A stretch of DNA of 64,000 bases from positions 9,468 to 73,467 of the IMG/VR virus record IMGVR_UViG_3300048904_000313; one strand, 5' to 3'. Both the position numbers and the translations under genes were made by a program. Below are positions 16,921-26,738 of this stretch, piece after piece. Origin of the DNA: a virus. Below the pieces are notes generated by a model. That model saw nothing but the letters and a program-made list of their open reading frames with translations, was not told the origin of the DNA and searched no databases. Position 1 is the first letter of the stretch. Each line of letters opens with the position of its first letter.

Positions 16921-17456
16921 TGACGTCGTGGCTGCAGCGAGAGCTGCTGCAACGCTATGACGGGAGGCAGATCTCGTGGGACGAGCTGTGGCTCAACGCC
17001 GCCTGCATGCTCGCCATGCGAAGTCGGTGTTCGCGCGACCGCGTTGGCGCCGTCATGGTGACCGACGACGATCGGGTCATCTCCGCCGGCTACAACGGCG
17101 CGCCGCCTACGTTCGCTGGTGACAAGAAGGGACCGTGTGCGGAGTGGTGTCCCCGCGCCATGCACACGCCTCTCGGCGAGCCTGGTAACCCCGGTTATCA
17201 GGACTGTCACGCCACGCACGCGGAGATGAACTGTCTCAAGCGAGCCCCCGCGGTCGAGGCCACGATGACCACGCGGCTGTACGTCAGTCGCATGCCATGC
17301 TATCCCTGCGCCAAGGAGATCGGCTCCACGTATGCGACGCACAACCTGCGTCAGCTCATCGTGCCGGTGAGCCATGAGGTCAACGTGCAGCACGGTGACG
17401 TCAGCCGGTCGGCGTCGTTCCTGGCTCAGTGTGGGATCAAGGTTCGCTTCGTCTAG
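16920..17456 (+). CDS. dCMP deaminase
   Basis: RSRC.R.RVGAV, SAGYNGAP, HAEMN, PCYPC. Confidence 0.9.
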   Translation: MTSWLQRELLQRYDGRQISWDELWLNAACMLAMRSRCSRDRVGAVMVTDDDRVISAGYNGAPPTFAGDKKGPCAEWCPRAMHTPLGEPGNPGYQDCHATHAEMNCLKRAPAVEATMTTRLYVSRMPCYPCAKEIGSTYATHNLRQLIVPVSHEVNVQHGDVSRSASFLAQCGIKVRFV

Positions 17457-17467
17457 CCAGGCTGACC

Positions 17468-17476
17468 TGGTATAGT
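17468..17476 (+). promoter_or_regulatory. Extended -10 element upstream of DNA polymerase
   Basis: TGGTATAGT in the intergenic gap; no clear -35. Confidence 0.4.
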
Positions 17477-17560
17477 TGACCCCAGACGGCAGCCCGTTGC
17501 GATTTCCGAGGTGGCGGCTGGGCTGCCGTCTAACTAGGAACGAGCGAGAGACGTGGTACG

Positions 17561-19339
17561 TTGACAGACTCCCCGCTTTCCAACGTCGAGCTGCACCTGG
17601 TGCAGAGCATCGACGACCTGATGGACATGAAGCGCTGGGCAGGCGAGCGCCGCGAGACCCCCATGGGAGCGGACACCGAGTCGGGTGACCTTTCGCCGTG
17701 GCACAGCAACCTTCGCACCATCCAGCTTGGCGACAAGCATCACGGCTGGTGCGTCCCGTGGGACCAGTGGGGCGGCGGTGCCCTCGAGATCCTCCAGAAC
17801 TACGAGGGCTCGTTCACGTGGCACAACCTCCCCCACGACGCCAAGTTCATGAAGGTCCACGCGGGCTACGACATCCCGTGGCACCGCACGGATGACACGC
17901 TCATCGGGGCGCGGATCCAGGACCCAGGGCGGCCCGCGGGACTGAAGCCGCTGGTCAGCAAGCTCGTCGACAAGACGGCATTGGCCGGCCAGAAGGCCCT
18001 CGATGACGGCATGAAGGCGCAGAAGTGGACGTGGGCCACGGTCCCGTTGAGCTTCGCGCCGTACTGGATCTACGCTGCGATGGACCCGGTACTCAACTGC
18101 CACCTCTGGGAGAAAATAATCCCGGACGTGCAAAGTCGGTTCGGCGCGGTCTACGACCTCGAGATGGCGATCGTCCGCATCGCTACCAAGATGATGCTCA
18201 AGGGCGCGCAGCTCGACCCCGTCTACATCGAGACGGAGCGGCAGAAGCTCCAGCAGTTCAGCACCGAGGCCAGGCTGTGGCTGAAGGTCACGTACGGCAT
18301 CACCAGTCCGTTGTCGGCCGGCCAGATCAGTCGCGCTCTCACACAGCTTGGCGTGGAGATCAGCGTCTTCACCGACGCCGGTGCGCCGAAGATGGACAAG
18401 GACACGCTGGAGTTCTACCAGAAGACCTCGTTCAACCCCGCCGTCCAGGAGCTCTGCCGCTACGTCCTTGCCGTCCGTCACGCGGACAAGCTGCGAGGCA
18501 CGTACCTCGACAACTTCATGTCCATGGCGGACTCCAACGGGATCATCCACGCCAGCATCAACACGCTGGCGGCCAGGACAAGTCGGATGTCCATGTCCGA
18601 CCCGAACTTCCAGAACCTGCCTCGCGACGACAAGATGATCCGTGGATCGGTCGTCCCACGGGAGGGCAACGTTCTCGTCACGTGTGACCTGGACCAGGTG
18701 GAGGCGCGCTTCGGCGCTCACTTCAGCGAGGACCCCGGTCTCGTGGAGGCCTTCAGCATCGCCGACAACGGCGGCACGGACTTCTTCTGCACCGTGGCCA
18801 GTGGCATCTACGCCGATGAGATCACGAACAAGAAGGACCCGCGTCGCCAGCCGACGAAGAACGTCTTCTATGGCTCGCTGTATGGAGCTGGCGCAAAGAA
18901 GATGGCGGAGACGGCCGGCATCCCGTTCGAGCAGATGGACCCGGTCAAGCGCGCGTTCGACTCGACCTACCCTGGTCTCAAGGCGGCGCTGGATCGCGTC
19001 TACCGCGAGGCGATGGAGCGGGAGAAGCCGTACATCGTCACCCCGTTCGGCCGTCACATCCCTCTGGACCGCGACCGCGCGTACACCCAGGGTCTCAACA
19101 GCCTCATCCAGGGGCATGCCGCGGAGTACTTCAAGGTCAGCCTGACCCGCATGGAAGCGGCGGACCTCGACCAGTTCCTCCTCATCCCGGTGCACGACGA
19201 GGTCGTGGCTGACGTGCCGGAGGACATGGCGGAAGAGGTGGCTCGCGCCATCGCGGAGTGCATGTCGGACGCGGACACCTATCGTGTCAAGATCAGCGCC
19301 GGCGCGGACATCCTCAAGGAGAGGTGGCAGAAGGTATGA
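17561..19339 (+). CDS. polA: Family A DNA polymerase (3'-5' exonuclease plus polymerase)
   Basis: Exo motifs ADTES, HNLPHD, YAAMDP; motif A CDLDQVEAR, motif B KNVFYGSLYG, motif C VHDEV. Confidence 0.95.
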   Translation: MTDSPLSNVELHLVQSIDDLMDMKRWAGERRETPMGADTESGDLSPWHSNLRTIQLGDKHHGWCVPWDQWGGGALEILQNYEGSFTWHNLPHDAKFMKVHAGYDIPWHRTDDTLIGARIQDPGRPAGLKPLVSKLVDKTALAGQKALDDGMKAQKWTWATVPLSFAPYWIYAAMDPVLNCHLWEKIIPDVQSRFGAVYDLEMAIVRIATKMMLKGAQLDPVYIETERQKLQQFSTEARLWLKVTYGITSPLSAGQISRALTQLGVEISVFTDAGAPKMDKDTLEFYQKTSFNPAVQELCRYVLAVRHADKLRGTYLDNFMSMADSNGIIHASINTLAARTSRMSMSDPNFQNLPRDDKMIRGSVVPREGNVLVTCDLDQVEARFGAHFSEDPGLVEAFSIADNGGTDFFCTVASGIYADEITNKKDPRRQPTKNVFYGSLYGAGAKKMAETAGIPFEQMDPVKRAFDSTYPGLKAALDRVYREAMEREKPYIVTPFGRHIPLDRDRAYTQGLNSLIQGHAAEYFKVSLTRMEAADLDQFLLIPVHDEVVADVPEDMAEEVARAIAECMSDADTYRVKISAGADILKERWQKV

Positions 19340-19833
19340 CCCGTCGCCTTGCCGCCGTCCCTGACCCACCGGACAAGCCCGGTGGCGACCCCAGCGTCGT
19401 GCTGTGGTTCGACCCCGGGCTCACCACGGGGTGGGCCTACCTGGAGATGGCCAGCTCGTTCAACAGTGGCCAGGCGCCGTTCGAGTCCATCGGTGAGCTG
19501 CTCACCGGCTGGGCGGAGATCCTCGGTCCCAACCTCTGGGTGGGGTGGGAGCTGTACAACGTCACCCAGGGTGGCGGCAAGGCGGGCACGCCCAAGTACA
19601 GCCTGGAGACCATCGGCATGCTGAAGTGGATCTGTCACGCTCACGACGTGACGGTCCTGAAGGCCATGCCGTCCGCGTCGCGGAAGCTCGGCGACGAGAT
19701 CAAGCTGAAGAAGCTGGACTGGCGGAAGCGTGGACAGGTCCACGCAAACGACGCCGCCATGCACCTCTTGGCGTGGCATCTTCGAGAGAAGAAGCTGCCC
19801 CCTCACCTGCTCTCGCGGGTGCTCGCCGACTAG
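19336..19833 (+). CDS. RuvC-like Holliday junction resolvase
   Basis: VLWFDPGLTTGWA...WE...HANDAAMH. Confidence 0.75.
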   Translation: MTRRLAAVPDPPDKPGGDPSVVLWFDPGLTTGWAYLEMASSFNSGQAPFESIGELLTGWAEILGPNLWVGWELYNVTQGGGKAGTPKYSLETIGMLKWICHAHDVTVLKAMPSASRKLGDEIKLKKLDWRKRGQVHANDAAMHLLAWHLREKKLPPHLLSRVLAD

Positions 19834-19863
19834 TGGTCTCCACTGCGGAGACAAGATCAACTG

Positions 19864-19892
19864 TTTACATCCGAGCTTACGCCTGGTAGACT
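19864..19892 (+). promoter_or_regulatory. Sigma70/HrdB-type promoter
   Basis: TTTACA-N17(ending TGG)-TAGACT. Confidence 0.75.
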
Positions 19893-19923
19893 GGTTACAG
19901 CAGATACGGAAGGGACAACGGAA

Positions 19924-20112
19924 GTGAACGTGATCTCCGACGCCCTCGTAGCCAAGCGCAAGGGTTGTCCCTCCTGTGGAGCTCGACCCAACGTCGCCTG
20001 CAGTGAGATCGGACGGCAGTACGTGCCCCTCGCCGAGACCCATCTGGCTCGCCTCGCTCTCGTCAGTGAGGCGTATCAGGGAGAGGACCCACGCGTCAAT
20101 GCCGAAAGCTGA
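19924..20112 (+). CDS. Small Zn-finger protein
   Basis: CPSCGA.P...C...H..R. Confidence 0.65.
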   Translation: MNVISDALVAKRKGCPSCGARPNVACSEIGRQYVPLAETHLARLALVSEAYQGEDPRVNAES

Positions 20113-22012
20113 CCTCTTCACGCACGAGAACAGCAGCGTCATCAGCATCGCTACCACCTACCAGGACCGTCATCTCATGACGGAGCTGCCGGGTGGCCGC
20201 TTCAACCGTCAGCTCCAGGGCTGGCTGGCCCCGCTCAGCTGGGCCACCTGCGTGACCCTGCGCGGCCTCTTCGGGGACCGCCTTGAGATCGGGGAGGACC
20301 TTCAGGCGTGGGCGTGGGAGACCCGCAACTCGCGGATCGAGCCCGCCTACCGCATCCGGAACCTGCTCGAGCTGCCACCTGACATGCCGTTCCCCGAGCT
20401 CGACGAGGTCGAGGAGGGCCGGCCACTCAAGCTCTTTCCGTACCAGCGCGTCGATGTGAAGTTCCTGCTCCTCAACGAGCGGGCGCTCCTCGCCAACGAG
20501 CCGGGCCTCGGCAAGACGGGCGTGCTGATCCGCTTCCTCCAGGTGCTCAAGCACCTCGGTCGGGAGCCGTTCCCCGCGGTGGTGATCTGCCCGAACAGCC
20601 TCAAGTTCGCGGTGTGGGAGGGAGAGTTCGCGGCGTGGGCACCGGAGATCAACGTCCAGGTGGTGGACGGCTCCGCCGGCAAGCGACGGAAGCAGTTGGC
20701 CAACCAGGCCGACGTGTACGTGATCAACTGGGACAGCGTCCGTCTTCACTCGCGGATGGCGGCCTATGGCTCCATCAACCTGTCAGACAACGACAGGCTG
20801 CCGAAGGAGCTCAACGAGCTCAACCCGCGCGTCGTGCTCATGGACGAGGCGCATCGCCTGAAGTCTCCGCAGACGGCGTGGACCAGGGCGGCGTGGGCAG
20901 TGGCTCACCAGGCTCGCTACCGAGTGGCGGCGACCGGCACTCCGGTGACCGATCACGTGGGTGACTGGTGGTCTCTCGGCCACGCGCTCGAGCCAACGTG
21001 GCTGCCGGCCAAGACGAAGTTCATGGACCGGTACGCTCAGGTGTCACTGAACTTCTTCGGTGGCGCGGAAGTGGTGGGGATCAACCCCAACACGAAGGAC
21101 GAGCTCTTCTCCATCATCGATCCTCTCACCCGTCGCGTTCCCAAGAAGCTCGCGCTGCCACAGCTGCCACCCAAGCTGCCGCCGCAGATCCGGCACACCC
21201 CGATGGCGACGAAGCAGCAGAAGGCCTACGACCAGATGCGAGAGCAGATGCTCGCCATGCTGGACGGCGGACTTCTCGTGGCAGGTGACGACCGCGTCAA
21301 GTTCCTCAGGCTGATGCAGTTTGCCGCCGCCTCCGCGGAGCTCGTGACCGTCACCAAGCGAGTGCCGGTGAGGACGGAGCGGTTCGTGGAGGACCTCGAT
21401 CCGCGTCTCACGCTCGACGACCTTTACGACGACGATGATGACTTTGTCCACCCACTGGAGGGCAAGACCGTCACCGACGTGACGTACGAGGAACGAGAGG
21501 TGACTCAGGTAAGGCTGACGAGTCCCTCCGCCAAGGTGGACGACCTCGTGGACCTGCTGGAGGAGATGGGAGAGGCACCCCTCGTGGTAGCCGCGGTCTC
21601 CCGTCAGCTCATCGAACTGGCCGGCAAGAAGCTGGAGCAGCTGAAGATCCCCCACGGCTACATCACGGGGGCTCAGACTCCCGCGGAACGCCGAGTGGCG
21701 ATGAACTCCTTCCAGGCTGGCAACATCCGAGTGATCCTTCTCACTCTCGGCGCCGGGGCGGAGGGCATCACCCTCACCCGCGCCGACACCATGTTGTTCA
21801 TGCAGGAGGACTTCAGCGAGGTCACGAACCAGCAGGCTCAGGATCGAGTCTACCGCATCGGCTCGGAGATCCACGCCAGCATCCGCATCATCAAGCAGAT
21901 CACGCCGGGAAGCGTGGAGGAGCGGAAGCTCGAGCTGCTGGAGGGCAAGCGCATTCGCATGGAGGAGATCCTGCGGGACGAGGACTCGATCCGATACCTC
22001 CTGGGAGGGTGA
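20099..22012 (+). CDS. SNF2-family (SF2) helicase
   Basis: LANEPGLGKT, DEAH, ATGTP, GAEGITLTRA, QAQDRVYRIG. Confidence 0.9.
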   Translation: MPKADLFTHENSSVISIATTYQDRHLMTELPGGRFNRQLQGWLAPLSWATCVTLRGLFGDRLEIGEDLQAWAWETRNSRIEPAYRIRNLLELPPDMPFPELDEVEEGRPLKLFPYQRVDVKFLLLNERALLANEPGLGKTGVLIRFLQVLKHLGREPFPAVVICPNSLKFAVWEGEFAAWAPEINVQVVDGSAGKRRKQLANQADVYVINWDSVRLHSRMAAYGSINLSDNDRLPKELNELNPRVVLMDEAHRLKSPQTAWTRAAWAVAHQARYRVAATGTPVTDHVGDWWSLGHALEPTWLPAKTKFMDRYAQVSLNFFGGAEVVGINPNTKDELFSIIDPLTRRVPKKLALPQLPPKLPPQIRHTPMATKQQKAYDQMREQMLAMLDGGLLVAGDDRVKFLRLMQFAAASAELVTVTKRVPVRTERFVEDLDPRLTLDDLYDDDDDFVHPLEGKTVTDVTYEEREVTQVRLTSPSAKVDDLVDLLEEMGEAPLVVAAVSRQLIELAGKKLEQLKIPHGYITGAQTPAERRVAMNSFQAGNIRVILLTLGAGAEGITLTRADTMLFMQEDFSEVTNQQAQDRVYRIGSEIHASIRIIKQITPGSVEERKLELLEGKRIRMEEILRDEDSIRYLLGG

Positions 22013-22984
22013 GTGGACGACGTACTGAAGCTCAGCAACAGCACCATCACCGCCTACAAACGGTGCGCCAGGCACTGGTACCTGGCGTACCACCTCGGCT
22101 ACGGCAAGCGGCCAGACCGTGACTCCACGACTACCGTCGCCACCCTCGGCACCAGGGTGCACTGCGCCCTGGAGGCCTACTACGGCTACGACATCGACCC
22201 TCTCGCCGCCCTGCGGGTGATCTACTACCTCGCCGTGAAGGAACGTCCCTTCGACGAGGCGGAGCTGGACAAGCAGCACCGCTACGCCAAGGCGATGGTG
22301 GAAGGCTTCCTGCAGTGGTCGGAAGAGGAGGGGATCGACTCGGCGCTGGAGGTCATCGAGACCGAGCACCTCGTCAAGCGGCCACTCCTTCTCGACGACG
22401 GCGCCGTCGTCACCCTGATGGCGAAGCTCGACCAGAAGGTGCGGCGCAAGACCGACAACGCGGTGCTCTTCCGTGACTGGAAGACCGTGGGCAGCCTCAC
22501 CAAGTCTCACCTGCTCATCGTCGACGAGCAGATGAGGTTCTACTCCCTGCTCGAGGCCCTGAGTGCCAGCGAGACGGGCGAACGAGCGGACGGGGGACTG
22601 TACACCATGCTCCTCCGCTCGATGCGCACACCTAAAGCCAACGGCCCCTTCTTCCGGGAGGTCGAGGTCAGGTTCAACCAGCACGACCACGACTCCATGC
22701 TGAAGCGAACCAAGGCCGTGGTGACCGACATCCACGTCACCGAGCAGAAGCTTCGCGCCGGCGCCGATCACCGTGCGGTGGCCTACCCGAGCCCTGACCC
22801 GAACGGGTACTGCGGCTGGTGGTGCCCGTTCACCCTCATCTGTCCGATGATGGATGACGGCAGCCGGTGGGAGGACGCCTTGCAGGCGAACTTCGTCAAG
22901 CGTGACCCGTACGGGTACTATGGTACGGGTCTGATCGACCAGGTGAGGGCTGCCCTCGCCCCTGGAAAGACCGAAGGGAAGTGA
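22013..22984 (+). CDS. PD-(D/E)XK (Cas4/RecB-like) exonuclease
   Basis: LSNS.I..YKRC.RHWY, E...KLD....DWKT, C-terminal CGWWCPF...CP. Confidence 0.85.
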   Translation: MDDVLKLSNSTITAYKRCARHWYLAYHLGYGKRPDRDSTTTVATLGTRVHCALEAYYGYDIDPLAALRVIYYLAVKERPFDEAELDKQHRYAKAMVEGFLQWSEEEGIDSALEVIETEHLVKRPLLLDDGAVVTLMAKLDQKVRRKTDNAVLFRDWKTVGSLTKSHLLIVDEQMRFYSLLEALSASETGERADGGLYTMLLRSMRTPKANGPFFREVEVRFNQHDHDSMLKRTKAVVTDIHVTEQKLRAGADHRAVAYPSPDPNGYCGWWCPFTLICPMMDDGSRWEDALQANFVKRDPYGYYGTGLIDQVRAALAPGKTEGK

Positions 22985-22988
22985 CAGA

Positions 22989-23714
22989 TTGACCGACCTC
23001 GGGATGTCCCTGCTCGTGCATGGACCCTCCAAATCTGGCAAGTCCACCCTGGGTGACACCACCCCCGGACCGCGTCTCGTTCTCGACGCGGAGATGGGTT
23101 CCAGGTTCACCCCGTCGAAGAAGGTCGTCTGGGACCCCACCCAGTACGCGCCACCGGAGCCCAGCGAAGACTGGGACACCGCGATCGTCTACGTCCGCGA
23201 CTACAAGTCCGTGGCACGGGCCTACGAGTGGCTGAACAGCGGCAAGCACCCGTTCAACTCCGTGGTCCTGGACTCCATCTCGGAGATCCAGCAGCGTGCC
23301 ATCGACGCTCTCGTCGGCGCGGACATCATGAAGACCCAAGACTGGGGTACGATCCTCAGGCAGATCTCGGACCTCGTCCGCAAGTTCCGAGACCTGACCA
23401 CCAACCCCATCAAGCCTCTCGACGCGGTCGTCCTCATCGCGATGACCAAGCAGCGAGACGATGGCAGCTGGTATCCGTACGTCCAGGGCTCCCTGGCTAC
23501 GGTGCTGCCGTACCACGTCGACGTCTGTGCCTACCTCCAGAACGTGACCCTGGAGGACGGGATCTCCACCGCTCGTCGCCTGTTCGTCGGCCCGATCAAT
23601 GGGTACGTGACGGGTGAGCGAGTGGCGGGACGCCTCGGCACCTACCTCGACAACGCGAACGTCACGGACATGCTTGGCATGGTACGTGGCGATCTCGAGC
23701 CCAACAGCAACTGA
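22989..23714 (+). CDS. Phage AAA-domain nucleotide-binding protein (AAA_24/Sak4-like)
   Basis: HGPSKSGKST Walker A; VVLDSISE. Confidence 0.8.
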   Translation: MTDLGMSLLVHGPSKSGKSTLGDTTPGPRLVLDAEMGSRFTPSKKVVWDPTQYAPPEPSEDWDTAIVYVRDYKSVARAYEWLNSGKHPFNSVVLDSISEIQQRAIDALVGADIMKTQDWGTILRQISDLVRKFRDLTTNPIKPLDAVVLIAMTKQRDDGSWYPYVQGSLATVLPYHVDVCAYLQNVTLEDGISTARRLFVGPINGYVTGERVAGRLGTYLDNANVTDMLGMVRGDLEPNSN

Positions 23715-23734
23715 GAACGGAGCGGATTCGACAC

Positions 23735-24412
23735 ATGGCCAGCTTCTCTTGGAATGACCTTCAGCAGGCTGCTGACGACGCCGGGTTCGGCGTCATCCCC
23801 GCCGGTGACTACGAGTGCTCGGTGAAGACCGCGGAGCACAAGAAGACGGGCACCGGCAAGGACAAGATCGCCGTTCGCTTCGTCGTCACCACCGGCCCGT
23901 CTGAGGGCAAGGCGGTCTTCAACGACTTCGTGATCAGCCCGGACAACGGCACCGCGCTCGGGTTCTTCTTCCGCCACATGAAGGCGCTGGGTCTCGGCCC
24001 GGACTACTTCGCCTCCAACCCCGACCTCGGCAAGGTCGCGGGTGACCTGGTCGGCCGCAGCTGTGTGGTCACCGTCGGCATCCGTCAGTGGAACGAGGAG
24101 GACCGCAACGAGGTCAAGGGCATCAAGGCCTCGGCTGGCGCGGCCGCTCCCATGACGGCAGCCAGCGCGGGCCCACAGCCGATGGCGGCTCAGCCGGCCA
24201 CCCGGCCGCAGCCGATGGCTCACCCGCAGCCCACCGCTCAGCCTCAGCCGACTGCCCAGCCGCAGCCGGTCTCCACGGAGAAGAAGGCGAAGAAGGAGGA
24301 GCCGAAGGACGAGGCGCCTGAGGCTCCCACCGCGGAGCCGCAGGACGCTCCGCCGGCGGCGGAGGCAGAGGCCGCCACCGACGCACCGGCGAAGCCCAAG
24401 CTGCCGTTCTGA
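23735..24412 (+). CDS. DUF669-like single-stranded DNA-binding protein
   Basis: FGVIPAGDYEC.V..AE.K.T.TGK..I...F.V; Pro/Gln/Ala-rich tail ending in LPF. Confidence 0.75.
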   Translation: MASFSWNDLQQAADDAGFGVIPAGDYECSVKTAEHKKTGTGKDKIAVRFVVTTGPSEGKAVFNDFVISPDNGTALGFFFRHMKALGLGPDYFASNPDLGKVAGDLVGRSCVVTVGIRQWNEEDRNEVKGIKASAGAAAPMTAASAGPQPMAAQPATRPQPMAHPQPTAQPQPTAQPQPVSTEKKAKKEEPKDEAPEAPTAEPQDAPPAAEAEAATDAPAKPKLPF

Positions 24413-25158
24413 TGGACGAGGCTCAGCCGATCCGACGCGGCGCTGCCAGGGAGGAGCGCCGCTTCGATCAGACGCAGCTCCGCGCCACGAAGTACGGGGA
24501 GCGGGTTCACCGCGACTATGCCGCTCACTTCTTCAAGTGGGGGTTCGCCACCAGGCACATCGGTCCCGAGGACCGCGTCCTGGAGGTCGGCTGTGGCAGT
24601 GAGCTTCCCCTCGTCAACGTGTTGCGGATGGGTGGCAGGTACAACCCCGCCAGCTACGTGGGTGCTGACCTCAACAAGGTCAGCGTCTACCGGCCGGAGT
24701 GGGCGACGATCCACGATCACTTCAACTTCGTGGACCGGTACCTGGAGCTCGCCACTGAGGACGCGTACACCGTGGGCGTGTGCATCGAGGCCATCGAGCA
24801 CATGAACGCGGAGGACGGCCTCAAGCTGCTGGAGGGGTTCCGCACCCTCCTGACGGACGACGGCAAGCTCATCCTCTCCACGCCCGTGTTCAACGGGCGG
24901 GCGGCGAAGAACCACATCCACGAGTACACGATCCCCGAGCTTCAGGCGGCGATCGAGCACACGGGCTGGCAGGTCGAGGCGCGCTACGGCACCTTCGCCT
25001 CGTACCGGGACATCGTCAAGGTGGCGACACCAGAGCACCGCCAGGTATTGGACGGCATCCGCCAGCTGTACAGCGAGGAGGTCACGGCCTGCTTCCTCGC
25101 CCCGCTGTACCCCGACCACAGTCGGAACAACGTCTGGGTCCTAACACCCAGGGGTTGA
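24412..25158 (+). CDS. Class I SAM-dependent methyltransferase
   Basis: RVLEVGCG, YVGADL, CIEAIEHM, LILSTP. Confidence 0.85.
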   Translation: MDEAQPIRRGAAREERRFDQTQLRATKYGERVHRDYAAHFFKWGFATRHIGPEDRVLEVGCGSELPLVNVLRMGGRYNPASYVGADLNKVSVYRPEWATIHDHFNFVDRYLELATEDAYTVGVCIEAIEHMNAEDGLKLLEGFRTLLTDDGKLILSTPVFNGRAAKNHIHEYTIPELQAAIEHTGWQVEARYGTFASYRDIVKVATPEHRQVLDGIRQLYSEEVTACFLAPLYPDHSRNNVWVLTPRG

Positions 25159-25183
25159 CAGGGTGTCGCCACCGTGCTAGAGT
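25155..25183 (+). promoter_or_regulatory. Strong sigma70/HrdB promoter
   Basis: TTGACA-N17-TAGAGT, upstream of the dCTPase-GT-Glf-Dcm operon. Confidence 0.8.
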
Positions 25184-25245
25184 CTGAGCCGGTGGCGACG
25201 CCCTCACTGGAAGAGAAGCGTGAAGCGACCAAGAGGAGACCTGTA

Positions 25246-25722
25246 GTGGAGTTCAACCAGTGGATCGCCGAGCAGCGCGCGTATCAGCGCGAGACGTTCG
25301 GCGTCGACTACACCCTGATGGCCAACGACGTGGACGCCCTCACGGCCTACGTCACGATGAACCTGAACGCGGCCTTCCTCGAGCTGGCGGAGACCCAGCA
25401 GGAGGTGCCGTGGAAGCCGTGGGCCGAGACGGAGGACCGCGCCAAGGTGTGGTCGACCGGCCGTGACAAGGTCGTCGGTGAGATCGTGGACGTGCTGATG
25501 TTCGTCGGCAACGTCCTCACCGCGGTCGACTGCTCCGACTCGGAGCTGGCCACCCGCTACGAGGCGAAGATGGCGGTCAACCGCCAGCGCCAGGCGGCGG
25601 GCTACGACAACACCAACAAGTGCGACGGCTGTGGCCGGGCGTTCGACGACCACGGCGTCAAGCTCGCCGGCGTGATGAACGGCAAGCCGCACTGCGAGAA
25701 GTGCTGGGAGGCGTTCGCGTGA
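25246..25722 (+). CDS. All-alpha dimeric dUTPase/dCTPase (T4 gp56-like) with C-terminal Zn ribbon
   Basis: ELAE...VPWKPW, GEIVDVLMFVGN, Y..K...N..RQ..GY; CDGC...CEKC; GTG at 25246 after AGGAGA. Confidence 0.8.
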   Translation: MEFNQWIAEQRAYQRETFGVDYTLMANDVDALTAYVTMNLNAAFLELAETQQEVPWKPWAETEDRAKVWSTGRDKVVGEIVDVLMFVGNVLTAVDCSDSELATRYEAKMAVNRQRQAAGYDNTNKCDGCGRAFDDHGVKLAGVMNGKPHCEKCWEAFA

Positions 25723-26738
25723 AGCTCCTCATGACGGGTACCACGAAGCAGCAGGTCGGGGGCGGCACCGCCCTCGGCTACGAGCCGGTGGCCGACCTCT
25801 TCGCTAAGGGCCTTCGCCTGGCCGGCCACGAGGTCGAGCACCGCAAGACCACCATCGGCGAGGACCTCGCCCCCTACGACGCGGTGCTGGTCGGTCTCGT
25901 GCCGTTCTTCTCCATCGCGTCCAACCAGCTCTACCACGCGCTCGACGTCATCGAGCGCGCGGAGAAGAGCGGTCACCCGCTGCTCTTCTTCGTGGACGAC
26001 TGGGCGTTCCCCCGCCTGGTGGCCAACCTCAACACTCACATCCGTCACCCCTGGCAGCTGACGAAGGAGTTCTTCAGCGGCAGGGCCAGCTACGACTGGG
26101 CGTGCTCCCGCAAGGAAGAGCTCCAGGTTCTCGTGGAGCGGATGCGCTATCAGCCGTGGGCACCCACCATCGTGCCGGCGTTCACCTGGGGTGACCATCA
26201 CAAGCTGACGGGGGAGGTGGAGATGATGACGCAGCCTCACTACGTCGACGTCTCCTCTCTCGCCATGGAGTACCCGCTCACCTTCCCGCCAGAGCGGGAG
26301 CGACGCTGGGTGCTCGGCACGATCAGCGACCAGCGGAAGTGGATGGACTCCCTCGGCCTCGGCTGGGAGGTCAATCACCTCGGGACGCGGGCCTCAAAGG
26401 CCCCCGAGAAGATGCCTGAGAGCCAGCTCGTGCAGCTCTACGCGGAGTCCTGGGGAGTTCTCAGCCCGCCGTACAAGCGGATCCTCGGGACAGGCTGGTG
26501 GCGCAACCGCGCCGTCTACGCCGCGAGGGCCGGCGCGATCCTGCTCAGCGACCCCGGTGAGATGCCGCAGCTGGGTGAGGCGTACCAGCTCAAGCCCGCC
26601 GAGGTCGAGGCCATGACGGACACCGAGCTCTGCAGCCTGGCGGCGGCACAGCGGCAGGCTCTCTTCAGCTGTCAGCCGTCCACCGGCCAGGTAGCGGCTC
26701 AGCTCGACGCGATCGTGCAGGGAGTGGTCAACAAGTGA
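25719..26738 (+). CDS. GT-B glycosyltransferase, DNA beta-glucosyltransferase-like
   Basis: Segments align by eye to T4 BGT: DLAPYDAVLV~DVNDYDRLIV, LLFFVDD~IYYLFTD, KMPESQLVQLYAES~KIPMNMVSEKNSQA, RNRAVYAARAGAILLSD~TLRVWETMASDAVMLID; similar length. Confidence 0.65.
   Translation: MKLLMTGTTKQQVGGGTALGYEPVADLFAKGLRLAGHEVEHRKTTIGEDLAPYDAVLVGLVPFFSIASNQLYHALDVIERAEKSGHPLLFFVDDWAFPRLVANLNTHIRHPWQLTKEFFSGRASYDWACSRKEELQVLVERMRYQPWAPTIVPAFTWGDHHKLTGEVEMMTQPHYVDVSSLAMEYPLTFPPERERRWVLGTISDQRKWMDSLGLGWEVNHLGTRASKAPEKMPESQLVQLYAESWGVLSPPYKRILGTGWWRNRAVYAARAGAILLSDPGEMPQLGEAYQLKPAEVEAMTDTELCSLAAAQRQALFSCQPSTGQVAAQLDAIVQGVVNK

Noticed and set aside
17561-22012. Intein or intron in PolA or the SNF2 helicase
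   Set aside because: No C/S...HN splice motifs or LAGLIDADG blocks were seen. The acidic insertion in the helicase is short and in frame.
22013-22984. Cas4-like nuclease as evidence of a CRISPR-Cas system
   Set aside because: No repeat-spacer array or other cas genes were seen. Cas4-like plus AAA plus DUF669 is a common phage recombination module.
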